This document shows positions 41,901 to 56,461 of a stretch of DNA of 64,000 nt, piece after piece. The translations under genes and the position numbers were made by a program. Every line of letters begins with the position of its first letter. Positions within the stretch are counted from its first letter, which is position 1. This DNA comes from the human T2T-CHM13v2.0 reference genome, Homo sapiens, in the NCBI RefSeq assembly GCF_009914755.1, contig NC_060940.1, one strand, 5' to 3'. Below the pieces are notes generated by a model, which ran no database searches, had not been told where the DNA came from, and saw nothing but the letters and a program-made list of their open reading frames with translations.

Positions 41901-42358
41901 GTAAAACATTGTGGTGTGGACGGGAATTCTCCCATCATTCTGAAGGATTAATTTAACTAGTATCGCAATGGTTTCTTCTGAAGAAGAATGTACTTTTCAA
42001 AGGGAAAGCCACATCCTAGGGCGGCCTAGATAGGTTAACAGCCTTTGCCATTCTAGCCCAGGGTTTGAAATCCTGAGATTGAAGGAACACCTTAAGCAAG
42101 AGGTGATTGAGAATTGTTATTTAGACTTGGATTTGTTTGTGTTTTGCATCTGGTGTTGCTTGATAAAGACCCAGTTTCTCAGGAACCTCACAATATCGAT
42201 AATTCTAACCAATATTTTATTAAAGAATATCCTTGTCAGAATTACTTTTGGACATGTGAATTGCTCTGGCTTAAGTGAACTTTAGTTTAAAAATGTAACA
42301 CTTCATTCATTTACATACAAAAAGGCTAGGAATTATAGGCTTAGAAAACAGCTTTACA

Positions 42359-42676
<318 letters not shown>

Positions 42677-42814
42677 TTATGTGGAAATTAAAGAAAATAA
42701 TGTACATAACAACATTTAAAAAACTATAAAGCTCTATACAAATATAATGGCTATTCCCTTACTTACCTACATCTCTGTGATCCCAGGTCCTAATATAGTA
42801 AGTGCCCATACGTG

Positions 42815-43397
42815 TACATCAATGCATATGGGTCCCTAAGACCATCCACAGGTTTGATGCTTCATTAGGAGGACTCACATGACTCATCAGATAGTCATAG
42901 TTGTGGCTATGGTTTATTACATGAGAGGAGACAAAGCATAATCAGCAAAGGGTCAAGGTGCATGGAACACAGTCTGGAGGAAGCCAGATGCTAGCACCTA
43001 GGAGTCCTCCCCAGTGGGGTCACACAGATGCACTTCATTCCCCCAGCAACTGATTGTGACTAATTGTAACATATGTAAAATGTCTGTCAGGGAAGTTCAA
43101 TAGAAGCTTGAGATTTTTATTGCTCAGGGTTTTTGTTAGTGGTTGGTCATGTGGGTATCCTCTGTCTAGCACTCACCAAAGTTCCAGACATCCAGAAGGA
43201 AACCAGGTGTGTAGTATCAACCATATTGTTAATGTAAACACTTTAGGTTTACATTTAGGTTTAGCCCCTCTTGTGAGAGAATAGTGGAAACCCTTTCATG
43301 ATCTGAGTGTCCACATATCAGCCAAGGGGCAACCTTACAAACAATTCTTTCTGTGGTTAGCAGTCTCAGGCCTACTATATTAACTCTTTTCAGGACA
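42815..43397 (-). mobile_element. MER68/MER77-like LTR
   Basis: Minus strand starts tgtcctgaaaaagagttaatatagtaggcctgagactgcta...gtaaggttgccccttggctg. Confidence 0.65.
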
Positions 43398-43553
43398 ATC
43401 TGCATAAATGAATGTACTGGTTTCCAGTCTGCTTCCAACTGTGTGATGTTGGACAAATTATTTAATTTCCATGTGCCCCGTTTTTTTCCTCTGTTAAATA
43501 TGGATACCAGTAATACTGCCCTTATTAGGTTTTGTAAGGATTAAGAAATAACT

Positions 43554-44196
43554 CATGTGAGTGAGTCAGTGTTTTGCAAGAAAGCCGCCTTGGCGCAGTG
43601 AAGGTGAAGGCCAGCGCACTCCCTGGCTGAGGTGGGATCCCGAGGCCTCTCCAGTCCCCTGAGGGTGCACCACTGGCCCATCTCACCCAGGGCGGTGCCC
43701 CAGAGGTGGAGCACCAGGGCACGTGTTAGGACCTGAAAGATGATGAACTGTGCCTGGTCAGGGCAAAGCTGGAGGAAACTAGTGGAAGTCCCTAGCAGTC
43801 CTGATGTGTAAATCGATTGGTCATCCAACCTGGGTATAGGGGTGAAAGACTGATGGAACCATCTAGTGTCTGGTTCCCTCCAAGGTTTCTCTCAGGATGG
43901 CTGGCACTCTTCCAAAACCCACCCCACATGGTTTCATCTGTAAAGTGAATGATTGGAGGTTTTACGACCCAAAGGATCTCCACCTACTCTCACACTTTAG
44001 TTGGGTAAGAAGCCCGGCTTGCTGGCGTGTGGAGCCGGGTATGGAATGTGAGTGCCTAGTGGGCCGCTTCTGGTAAGCAGACCTGGCTCTGCGGGATGAA
44101 CCGAATGCCGGATTAAGGTGCCCAATGCCCACACACTCATCAGACCCCAGAAAAGGTGTTGGTTGATACAGGAGGAGGGCGGCCACGGAAGTCAGA
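43554..44196 (+). pseudogene. 28S rRNA fragment pseudogene (~640 nt, domain II region)
   Basis: Decayed but colinear match to 28S landmarks: gaaagccgcc-tggcgca-tgaaggtgaagg, gtgttaggacc-gaaagatg-tgaact-tgcctgg, acctgggtatagggg-gaaagact, gaaccatctagt, gggtaagaagcccggct, ctgcgggatgaaccgaa, ctcatcagaccccagaaaaggtgttggttgata. Many CpG-to-TpG/CpA changes. Confidence 0.95.
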
Positions 44197-44241
44197 GTGG
44201 GTGGGGGTGGGGAAGGGCAGAGAATGTATAGAGAACATGGT

Positions 44242-44329
44242 GTCTGCCCCCATACCACCCTGAACGCCCTATCTCGTCTGATCCCAGAAGCTAAGTAGGG
44301 TCAGGCCTGGTCAGTACTTGGATGAGAGA
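44242..44329 (+). pseudogene. 5S rRNA pseudogene, starts at +1, 3'-truncated at about nt 90, no poly(A)
   Basis: gtctgcccccataccaccctgaacgccctatctcgtctgatcccagaagctaagtagggtcaggcctggtcagtacttggatgagaga aligns with 5S GTCTACGGCCATACCACCCTGAACGCGCCCGATCTCGTCTGATCTCGGAAGCTAAGCAGGGTCGGGCCTGGTTAGTACTTGGATGGGAGA. Confidence 0.95.
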
Positions 44330-44496
44330 GAGCACATAGCACAAGGGCTGGTACCGGGTGAACATACAGTAAATATTTGTGTCGTTATCATTAGTAGTAT
44401 TCCCTTTCCCTTCTAGACCCCGTGTTTCAGATGCGTTTCCAACTTCTGTATTTTAGCAGAGATGCACACAAGTAACTTTGCAGGCAGTTTTGATCA

Positions 44497-45020
<524 letters not shown>

Positions 45021-45515
45021 AAAAAGAGTGATAACAAGTCTTCTTCTTCAGGCCTGTAATTCAAGTCAAAATAAAAAAAAATCATTAATATTCTGCTACT
45101 AGAATATGGCAACAAGAAAATGTTATAGAGAAAAAGTATATTTATTCATAAGCTGATAATAGAGACATATGAAAAACCTTTAATTTGTCTATTGAGATTT
45201 GTACAAATCAATATTGCAAAGGTTTTTCAGATGCTTGAAATAAAGTAGTATGTCACAGATTGACATACTGGAATTAAACTAGTATGTCATATGTTATGTT
45301 GAAATAATTGTGATTAAAGTTAATTTTTTCCTAAGTGTGAGATGTTATTGTTTGTTTCATTTGTATCATTTCATGAATGCATAATGTCTTTATGAATTCA
45401 ACTTTTCTCTCTAGGACACATTGTGAAAATCAAAATCATGACTTTCATGGGTTTGCCAAACAAGCTGACAAAGTAGAATTATCAGAAGGAAGTCTAATAA
45501 TGTATTAGTTTAAGG

Positions 45516-45726
45516 CAGGGGTTTCCAATCTTTTGGCTTCCCTGGGCCATATGGGAAGGAGAAGAATTGTTTTGGGCCACACATAAAATACACTAACACC
45601 AACCATAGCTGATGAGCTAAAAAAAGAACAAAATTGCAAAACAAATCTCATAATGTTTTAAGAAAGTTTACGAATCTGTGCTTGACTGCATTCAAAGCTG
45701 TCATGCTCTGCTGGTTGACAAGCTTG
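45516..45726. mobile_element. MER30 (hAT-Charlie MITE)
   Basis: caggggtttccaatcttttggcttccctgggcca...gacaagcttg; 8-bp TSD gtttaagg / gattaagg. Confidence 0.85.
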
Positions 45727-45732
45727 GATTAA

Positions 45733-46464
<732 letters not shown>

Positions 46465-48287
46465 TAAGCTATCTTACATTCTTTAAATTACAAGGGATTA
46501 TTATTTCTTTCCTATGTAGCTATGATATAGACCATTAATGTAAATATGAAATGTAAGGAGTATATTATTCTAGTGCATATGAGTGTGAGGGACTGACTCA
46601 GGGAGATTGAAGCATGCACCCAGCTCAAAGCCTCTCACCATACCTTCACATCTTGTTGCTGCTTGCCGTTCTTTTCCTCCTGTCTTGGCCATTTCCTTTA
46701 CAATACTGTTGCAAGAGGAAATATAAACATATCTTGAAATGTGAAATATTTCTGTGTTGGTCTTCCCTTGAAACTGAAGCAAAGCACATTAGTAGTGTTC
46801 ATTCACTGTTTGACCTCTAGCCTCATGTTGTCTTTTGAAGTAAAATCATGACCTAGAAAGTCTCCCTTCTCCACTTCTATTGATTTCTCATCATAAAACA
46901 TGCTTCCTGATGTATTTTCTAAAAATACTAGCTAAAAGAGATATTTTAAATTGATTATGAATTTGAGTGAATACAAAGACTTATTCTTGATTTATTTAAA
47001 GAATTTAGAGCAGTCTGTTTTCTGGGTTTTATTGTCTTGACACTTATCTTAATGCCTGCTTATTAATGTCAGCTATGTTTTACCTCTCAGTGTGCAGATA
47101 CCTATTCTCTTATTTACTGTCTTTTATAATTCTGCCTACAGAGAGGCATTCAGAGTTTTTCAGAGTTGATTCAATCTGCAATTAGTTTGGAGGGCAGACA
47201 TTTGCTTTATAATAGGCTATAAATGTTGCTGTATCTATCTACTGAAAATTTTTTTTAAATGCTAGTTTCTAATTAATGAGAAATCATTAACTTTTATAAA
47301 ATTTATTTTTCCAGGATTCCCTTATGAGAAGATTTTTTTCTCTAAATGAATGTTTTAAGGCTATAAGTTAAAAATGGATGACAAAATACTCAATTACCTC
47401 TTCCCAAATGATAAACTGTTTATTCACAATAATAAAAGTTTTCAGGAAAAATCTAAGCAAAATACGAGTGGAAGAGGCATTATTCTAGATTTATTTTAGT
47501 CTAGAAACTTTTGCTTTAATTATTATCTTTATTTTTATTTGCCAGATGCCAGAATCATACAAAATACTAATTAGCATCCTCTTGTTTTTGACTGCTTTCA
47601 AGAGAACTTTTTGTTTGTAATTGACATACAGCATGCCCCATTAATCTTCAAAGCTTATACTTTGGACCTTATTTTTTTCTGAAATTTTAAATTACTTGTC
47701 TTTTAATGGCTTTAAAACTCAAAATGTACTTATGTAATCCCCCATTTGAGCAACTTTAATCATTTAGTAGTTGCTTTTCCCCTGACATAGTGATTGAATA
47801 TAAATTGTCCTGCTGGGTTCTTGCATGTCTTGAAGACAAATGACAAACACCACCTTGTCAACTGCAGGAGTCACTTTATTAAACTGATAAAACCTTATCC
47901 TTTTAGATCTGTATCAAGTGGTTAAAATGTGTTTTGCTTCAATTTTACCTATTTTTTATATAGGAGCTCAGAATAATATTCAGGACTTCAAGATAATAGT
48001 GCAAAAAGAGTGACCACATTGATTTCTATTTGTGTAGGTTCAGATTACTGCCAGCAGTTTCAGATATTGAGAAGGGATAGTCATCTTCTCTGAATTAACA
48101 CCAGATGGCTTTGTCACTTTATCAGTAGAGAACTTACATCCCTAACTGTACCCATTCTCTAGGTCCTGATTACATACTGATAGGTTCAGACTTTTATTTT
48201 GCTGATTAGGTTCTTTAATCATAAGGAGGGCTGTATTTGTTTGTGTAGGGCACTTGGAGATGGTAAAGATGTAACCTCCCTCTAGAA

Positions 48288-48501
48288 CAATATTGCCCAA
48301 TAGAACTTTTTATGAGCATACAAATGTTCCATATTACTCTTGAGCAATACAGTACCCACTAGTGACATGTGGCTATTGATTTCATGAAATGTGGCCATTG
48401 TGACTGAAGAGCTTAATTTTTTATTTAATTTAATATAATTAATTGTAATTTAATTTAGTCAGTCACATGTAGCTAGTGCCTACCATGTTGGACAGCATAG
48501 C
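48288..48501. mobile_element. MER3 (hAT-Charlie MITE)
   Basis: ccaatagaacttt...cacatgtagctagtgcctaccatgttggacagc; TSD-like tctagaa on both sides. Confidence 0.8.
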
Positions 48502-48519
48502 TTCTAGAAGCTTACAAGA

Positions 48520-49377
48520 TATTGGGACTCTACAGCTATACTGTTTCTCTACTAACAACACTTCTGACACCAAATGTGTGGATTTTCCATACCAAGCAGT
48601 TCTTGAATTTGAGACACCAACTGGGTATATACAGTTTGTTGCAATTCTTCCAGTAATGACCTGGAGTTAAAACAGATCCTATAGGTTCAGACTCAGTCCC
48701 ACAAGACTACCCCCGGCTTCCGACACCAATTGTAAGTAGTAGATCCCCAGGCTACCCACAATTCTCTCTGACTTGGCTATAATAATTCCTTGGTGTCAAT
48801 ACTTTGTTATAACAGCTCACAGAACTTGGGAGACACTTTACTTACTATTACCAGTTTGTTTTAAAGGATATAAGCAAACACCAGATGAAGTGGTAGAAGG
48901 TGCAGAAGGTCCTGAGCACAGGATCATCTGTCCCCGTGGTATCTGGGGTGCATTACCCTCTTGGCATGCAGATGTGTTCACAGACCCAGAAGCCCTCCAG
49001 ACATCATCATCTAGGGTTTTATAGCAACCGTGTTATGTAGGCATGATTGATTAAATCACTGGCTATTGGTGATTGACTCAATCACCAGCTTTTCCTTTCT
49101 GCACGTCCCCTGAAGTAAGGAGTGGAGGTGAGGAGCTGAAAGTTCCAACCCTCTGATCCCTTGGTTGGTTCCTCTGTCAATCAGTCCCCCATCTTGAAGC
49201 TATCTAGGGACCTATCAAGAGTCACATTATTAGCAAAAACTCAGGTATGGTTGAAAGGGACTTATATGAACAAACGACATTCTTTTTGCCCCTGTTGCTC
49301 AGGAAATTCGAAGGGTTCTTGGAGCCGTGTGCCCAGAACTAGGAAGGTAGACCAAATGTGTATTATATGATTTCACA
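48520..49377. mobile_element. MER21-like LTR
   Basis: cacttctgacacca, ctcagtcccacaagactaccccc, gcatgattgattaaatcactggc, gctgaaagttccaaccctct motifs; ends in ...tttcaca. Confidence 0.7.
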
Positions 49378-50467
49378 GGGAGATACACACAGCTAGTAAA
49401 AGTATAAAACAGGAAAAATAATTGAGTGACAACTACATTGATGTGGGAGTCCAGAGGAAGGAATTTTGGTGAGGGTTCAAAAAGTATAAAAGAAGATTTT
49501 TTTAAGATAGTATTTTAAGGAGAAGAAGAATTTTTAAAGATGGAGAGGAAAAGATGGTTCTATATAGTTTCATAGTGAATTGAAACAAAGCAAGAATGCA
49601 ACCACTTAGGTATTATCATCACTTATTTCTCTTATTTCTCTTTAAAAGAGAAGTAAATTATTGCATTTACCTAGAGGTATATATCTTTGAATTCATTTTT
49701 TTGTTCTTATTTATCTCAGACTTCCAGGAATTAGCACAGTACTTGTCACATCACTGGCATCAGTAAATGTTTGCCATGTTGAATTGAACAGGCCGTAAAG
49801 AAATGGGTGGATTTTTTGGTCCCCAGAGTTTTTCTGTTGGATTATTTAGGTATTTACTTATTCTAAAATGGTAAAATTTTATGTCTAGCTAATAAATAAT
49901 GGCGTGGCCTATATTCTCTTAGAGTTGGTGCCTTAGTAATGAGAGTACAATATATATGGAAGGGGAAATGAAAGCATGTTAACAGTAGCATACATTAAAA
50001 TTTGCGACCCTTAGAGAAAGAAATTGTATTTGAAATTTGAACACTTACTGAACTAGAATTGGCCTGTGGTCCTTTTTCATTATGAGTGTCATGTAGGCAT
50101 TTCCAAATAACAGCTCAGTGGAATACAATCACTGAAATCCTGTCTCACAACATAAAGCAGAATTTTACTCTAAAACAAAATAAGATGCAAAACATTGCAA
50201 AAGCCATTGCTACTACATTAACCTGCTCCATACTATACCTGAGTTGCTGTGCATGTGAAATATCAATTGAGAATCATGTTAACTCTATCAAGTTAGTAGT
50301 TATGAACTTTTTGTATTTTTTCTTGAGAAAAGGTAACGTTTCTGCTTTGTTCGGTCCTCTGCCTTAGCTTTGTTCATTAAAAAGTTTCATGAAAAATAGC
50401 TTTTAATCTATAGTCTTGGATAAGTTTATGAATTACTAATGTTGTTTAATTTTATATTTCATTCTAG

Positions 50468-50575
50468 GTCCAGCAGTTTAAGCAGGATCCACGCCCAACA
50501 ACATGTCTTCACTCTGTTTTCAATGTGCATACAGGAGATGAGTTGCTTTCCTATGAGGAATATGGTCATCTTCAG
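50468..50575 (+). CDS. PHKB: PHKB exon 6, 108 nt ([36 protein letters not shown])
   Basis: Acceptor ttttatatttcattctAG; donor CAG|GTAAAA; phase 0-0. Confidence 0.97.
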
Positions 50576-50624
50576 GTAAAAAGAGATTATACATTTTATT
50601 CTCCTTATATTATATAGCATAGAA

Positions 50625-50962
50625 CAGTGATCCCCAACCTTTTTGGCACCAGGGACTAGTTTTGTGGAAAACAAGTTTTCCACGGATGGGGTAGGGGCTA
50701 GATGGTTTTGGGATGAAACCGTTCCATCTCATATCATCAGGCATTAGATTCTCATAAGGAGAGCACAACCTGGATCCCTCGCATGTGCAGCTCACAATAG
50801 GGTTTGCACTCCTCTGAGAATCTAATGCCACTGCTGATCTGAGAGGAGGCAGAGCTCAGGCGGTAATGCTTGCTCACTGCTGCTCACCTCCTGCTGTGCG
50901 GCCCCATTCCAAACAGGATGTGGACCCATAGCAGTCTGTGGCCCAGGGGTGGGGGAGCCCTG
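50625..50962. mobile_element. MER1B (hAT-Charlie), 49 nt downstream of exon 6
   Basis: Termini cagtgatccccaacc...ggtgggggagccctg, 338 bp, 8-bp TSD gcatagaa / tcatagaa. Confidence 0.88.
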
Positions 50963-52614
50963 TCATAGAAGATTTGAGGCTGTTTAAAAATAATTTTCAA
51001 ATTACATTCTATAAATTGTTCAAAATAGAAGTATAGAATCAACTCTGAAACAGAGAAGAAAGTGAAATGGCAGCCACCAGGGCTGAGTTAGTTGTGGCAA
51101 TTGAACATGAAATCCGAGTGAATTCTTGGTCTTCAAGCAAAAAGGGTAAATGGATAGATTATAAAATTATTTATGTGCAAAAGAAGGAAGACTACAGTTC
51201 TTTCCGTGACAAAAGTTTTTACATGTTATCAAATTTAGAAGAATTTCAACATTTAGGAACTAGGGGAAAAAAGACAGTTCACAGTGGTGTCATAGCAAAT
51301 CAGTTTTGTTACACAGCAGTTCATTTCTTAATGTGTCATCCTTCAGTGAAGCTAAAAACATGCCACTGAAATGTAATTCCAAAAGGTATTTCTGAAGTCC
51401 ATAAATTTTGTCTTATATAATATATTAAATTTTATACCTATGCTTAGAACACACTGGAGGTTTTAGATATATTTTTTTCATTTTATTCCCCTCTCACATC
51501 AGTGTATTGTTTTTTAGCTGGACAGTCTGTTGTTTCTGGGATACAAATATATTCTATTTATGTTTAATTGATTTTCTGCTCATCATTTGGTTCTCTGTCT
51601 TTGGGACAGAGTACTTAACTATTCATCTATTCCTTACTAAATAAAGAGTATCTCCTTTTTATAGTCCCTCTCACTTTAGATACCTGAAATTTCTTACTTT
51701 AGTATGTCTTCTCTAAACACAGAAAGTGTGGTGCTCTCATTTATATGCAGGAAAGACTCTTGTACTTATTTGTAAACAGCTCCTTGGAGAGTTAGTGTTA
51801 CATGAATATGTAGTTTCTCAACCTTAACCTTTAATCAGATTTTATGTGTCTTTTCCTTTGATAAATATGTTTGCTATCAGAAGTAGGGTTTTCAGAAGAT
51901 AATAGCTTATTTATCTTTGTATCCCAGATTCAGCTCAGTGCTTGGCACATAGTTGGCCTTAAATAAATTTTGGTCAACCTGTTATGTGGCAGTCCCTTTA
52001 CAACTTGCCATGTACTGACATTTTCTTACAGAAGCATCCCACAAGTCAGAGCAGAGAGCTCTTAGAGGTCCCTGTAAAAGGCTGCCCATAGGAGTGAAAT
52101 TTCTTTGAAGTCATTTTTGACAGGCTTGTGTCAATGCTGTAAGAGAACATATAGGGGAGCCTGGCAGTGGGATGAAACCCTTCTCACCATGCAACCATGT
52201 TTTAAGAAGAGTCACTAAAATGTTAGTGTAAGTCTAAAAAACCTAAAAGATGCAGACTACTGCATCTTCCTGTGTGGCCCACTTGGACCTTGACAAGACC
52301 CTGATATCCAATGGACTCTTGACTGCCAGGAAGTCAGGAGACACCCAGAATCAGCCTGGTTCCTCAGAGGGCCACCAGCAGTGCCAAGCCCTGGGCTCCT
52401 CTGCCCAAAGCCTCCAGGGCACCAATAATTTTCTGCCCCAATTTCCCATCTATTACTCAGTTGGGCTGGAGGAGAGTCATGGGAGACATAGCCACTGGAG
52501 CTGTCAGAGGGAAATAATCTATGTTAGAATTCTATGGAAACAAAATTACATCTTGCTTTCTCTTTGTTTTTAACTCAGGCTTACAGTTTCCTGGCTGAAA
52601 GTTTTTCACTGCCT

Positions 52615-52957
52615 TTTTAAAAATTTACTTATTTAATAACAGTTTTATTGAGATACAATTCACGTAACATGTAATTCACCTATTTAAAGTATATAGTTTG
52701 ATGGTTTTTAGTATATTCAGAGTTTCTCAACCATTATCACTATAAATTTTAGAACATTGTCATCACCCCAGAAAGAAACATTGTACCCATTAGGTTGCAA
52801 AAAGAAACTTTGTATTCCCTATATTCTCCAAAGCCCCCCAGCTCTAGGCAGCAACCAGTCTTTCTGTCCCTGTGGATTTGCCTACTCTTGGCATTTCATA
52901 TACAATAAATGATCTTTTTGTGACTGGCTTTTTAAATTTAGCGTTGTGTTTTCAAGA
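52615..52957 (-). mobile_element. L1M (L1MB/MC-type) 3' end
   Basis: taacagttttattgagatacaattcac...aattttagaacattgtcatcacccca...tggatttgcctactctt. Confidence 0.75.
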
Positions 52958-53528
52958 TGTATTGGTCAGGATTCTCCAAAGGGACAGAACTAATAGGTGG
53001 AGGAGAGGAGAGAGGGACAGAGGGAGGGAGGGAGGGAAGGAGAGGTTGGAGGAATTGACCCACACAATTATGGAGGCTGAGAAGTCCCATGAGAGGCCAT
53101 CTGCAAGCTGCAAAAGCAAGGATGCCACTAATGTGGCTTAGTCCACATCTGAAAGCCTCAGAACCATACAAGCCAGTGGTGTAACTCTCTGTTGGAGGAT
53201 GAAGGCCCAAAAGCCCAGCGAGCCACTGATGGAAGCCCTGGAACCAAAAGCTGGATAACCTGGAGTTCTGATGTCCAAAGGCAGGAGAAGAAGAGTGTAT
53301 GAGAGCAAGAATTCACCCTTCCTCTGCCTTTTTGTTCCATCTGGGTGGCCCCCAGTCAATTGGGTGGCACCTGCCGACCTTGAGAATAGGTCTTCCCCAC
53401 TCAGACAGCCAACTCACGTGCCAGCTTCCTCCAGAAACATCCTCACAGATGTACCCAGAAATAATGCTTTGCCAGCTGTCTAGGTATCCCTTTATCCAGT
53501 CAAATTGACACCTAAAATGAACCACACA
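52958..53528 (-). mobile_element. MLT2B-like (ERVL) LTR
   Basis: tgtattggtcaggattctcca...ggaggctgagaagtccca...cccagaaataatgctttgccagct...aaccacaca. Confidence 0.8.
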
Positions 53529-54323
53529 GGGTTGTGCCTGTTGTGGCACGTACCTTTCCTGCTTCTTTACCTGAGACAATTCACACATCCCATTCAGGAT
53601 TCTGTGAGTATCCTTTTTTGTTAAAGTGATATTAGTATTTTTTTGTTTAGATCATAAAATATCTATTTTTAATACACTAAAATAATACCTCCTTTGTTCA
53701 TAAAACTAATTTGTTCATAAACATGTTTTAAATTATATTATACCATTAACATTAATATGTTCCTGCAGTTGTTTACAGAAATTCTGTATTTGTTGAATAT
53801 GAGACTGTTTTCAAGATGCACTGCCTATTGTTTATGGGGTACTGGCATCATCATAGTGTCTTGCTTACCAAATATCTTTTTTCATTTCCATGTATTTGAG
53901 ATGGATTGGCATTTCATACTGCCTGTGGGGCCAGACTATTCCAAAGTAGAGTAGAAGTACTTTAGACCCAAAGCTTGAAAATAAATCTTAAAAAACAAAT
54001 GATATGTTCCTATTTTTTTCAAAGTTCTTTTTGCCATGTAAAGAAACCAAATGATGTAGAAACAGTTGTTAACAGTTTTATTTGAAGCCGTTTCCCTAAT
54101 CCAGTGTTATCCATTACAATGAATTTGAGAATTTAGAATTTTACATACAAAGCTGGGATTTTTATTATGAACTAAATTCACAACACCTTTATTCACAGTA
54201 GGAAAGGAAATAGTTTTATGACACTATTAGAGCAAATGACTTGTAATTTTAGCCTTAATTGATTAATTTTATAACTTGTTTTGGTTGTTTCCTTTAACCT
54301 TTTAATGTTTCTGTTTGTTGCAG

Positions 54324-54404
54324 ATAAATGCAGTGTCACTTTATCTCCTTTACCTTGTGGAAATGATTTCCTCAGGACTCCAGATTATCTACAACACTGA
54401 TGAG
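54324..54404 (+). CDS. PHKB: PHKB exon 7, 81 nt ([27 protein letters not shown])
   Basis: Acceptor tttctgtttgttgcAG; donor GAG|GTATGC; phase 0-0. Next exon is not found in the remaining 9.6 kb. Confidence 0.97.
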
Positions 54405-54707
54405 GTATGCTTTCCCCAAATTTTCTATTACTAAATTTCACCTCTGAAAATATCTATTTTTTTTTTTAGTTTTCACAACTTATTTTTAGTTTATGTAAAA
54501 TGTATTCCTGTTACATTTATATAATCAGATAGTAGATGTTGGTTGTTGAATGAAAAAGTCTTTATATCTTCAATGCATTGCACTTTTAAAATGAACACAA
54601 TGTGTAACAGGTTGTAAAACTTTACTCCCGTGAAGACTCTATTTCAGGTGATCTAAAATAAAACATGTAACTTTTAAAAAATTTTAGTAACAATGAAAGC
54701 AAAATAA

Positions 54708-55028
<321 letters not shown>

Positions 55029-55734
55029 TCTTTCTTTTGTTTTACATCGTTGCATTTCATAACTCACCCTTTGAAAAGTAAAGAGAAACTTTTATCCTGT
55101 TATATTATTTTTATTTGTAGGATCTCAGTAGGATTCTTCATGTTTTTCAAAAGACAAATACCATGTTCTTATTCTTATTAGGAAAATTGTAAAGAATTCA
55201 TATCCCAAAGATGAGAAGCATTTCTTTCACAGGCATTAATGCTTGAACAAACACACAAGCACATGCGCTGATGTACTTTGAAATGTGCCATAGTGGGAGC
55301 AAAAAAGCTTTTATTGTTTGGTACATGCAGTGAGAACTCTGTGAAAGGGTAGATGTACTATATATGTTTGTTACTATTCCTCTCCTGTGATCCATGCAAG
55401 GGAGAACAATTACATCAGACACTCAACACCAAAATTGTCATTGGACCGTACTGAGGGTACTACAAAATAGGTGCATGTAGCCCTGCCCTCTAGTAGTTTA
55501 TATTCTCATACACACTTATAGTGTATGAGTTTATAGTCTCATACAATAAATAAATTCTATTTAGAAGTGAAGATAAATAATGAAGAAGAAATTATGGTCG
55601 TAAGAAATTAATAATACCCAGTATGGTTTCTTCTATTTGATTTGTCAAAGAATTCTATGGTTTCATTTCATCCAAATAATTGTTAGTGTTTATAATATTG
55701 TGAAGTGGGATTATTCAAGCATTTGGGATCAGGG

Positions 55735-55870
55735 AGGAGCTGGGAAACTCCTGTTTTAGTCCAATTTTAAGGAGCATGCTAAAATATAAAACAAATAAGG
55801 GAAAGGAGCTGGGAAACTCCTGTTTTAGATCAATCTTAAAGAGCATGCCAATATATAAAACAAATAAAAG
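55735..55870. repeat. 69-bp diverged tandem duplication
   Basis: aggagctgggaaactcctgttttag...gagcatgc...tataaaacaaataa starting at 55735 and 55804. Confidence 0.9.
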
Positions 55871-56058
55871 AAGCATGACTCTGACTGAGGAGAGGAGGCC
55901 TTCCAGAACCAGCCCACTTAGCTTCTCAATTTTTCCACCCATAATATCTCCAAAGCACTGGGAGAAATATCCTAGATCCCTGTGGAACATCTTATGATAA
56001 CCGTTTACAATTAGTGGCAACTAATATTGCTTACAAGTGGCTTTGTTTTGTTCAGTAA

Positions 56059-56461
<403 letters not shown>

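Larger units (their letters stand above)
43420..44400 (+). mobile_element. MIR split by the rRNA-derived inserts (left part to ~43560, right part from ~44330)
   Basis: Left: ctgtgtgatgttggacaaattatttaa...ttgtaaggattaagaaataactcatgtga; right: agcacatagcacaagggctggtac...cagtaaatatt. Together they rebuild the MIR 3' half. Confidence 0.7.

Noticed and set aside
43554-44329. Functional rRNA genes or active Pol III 5S promoter
   Set aside because: Fragmentary and CpG-decayed; 5S box C is mutated (GGG to GAG) and truncated.
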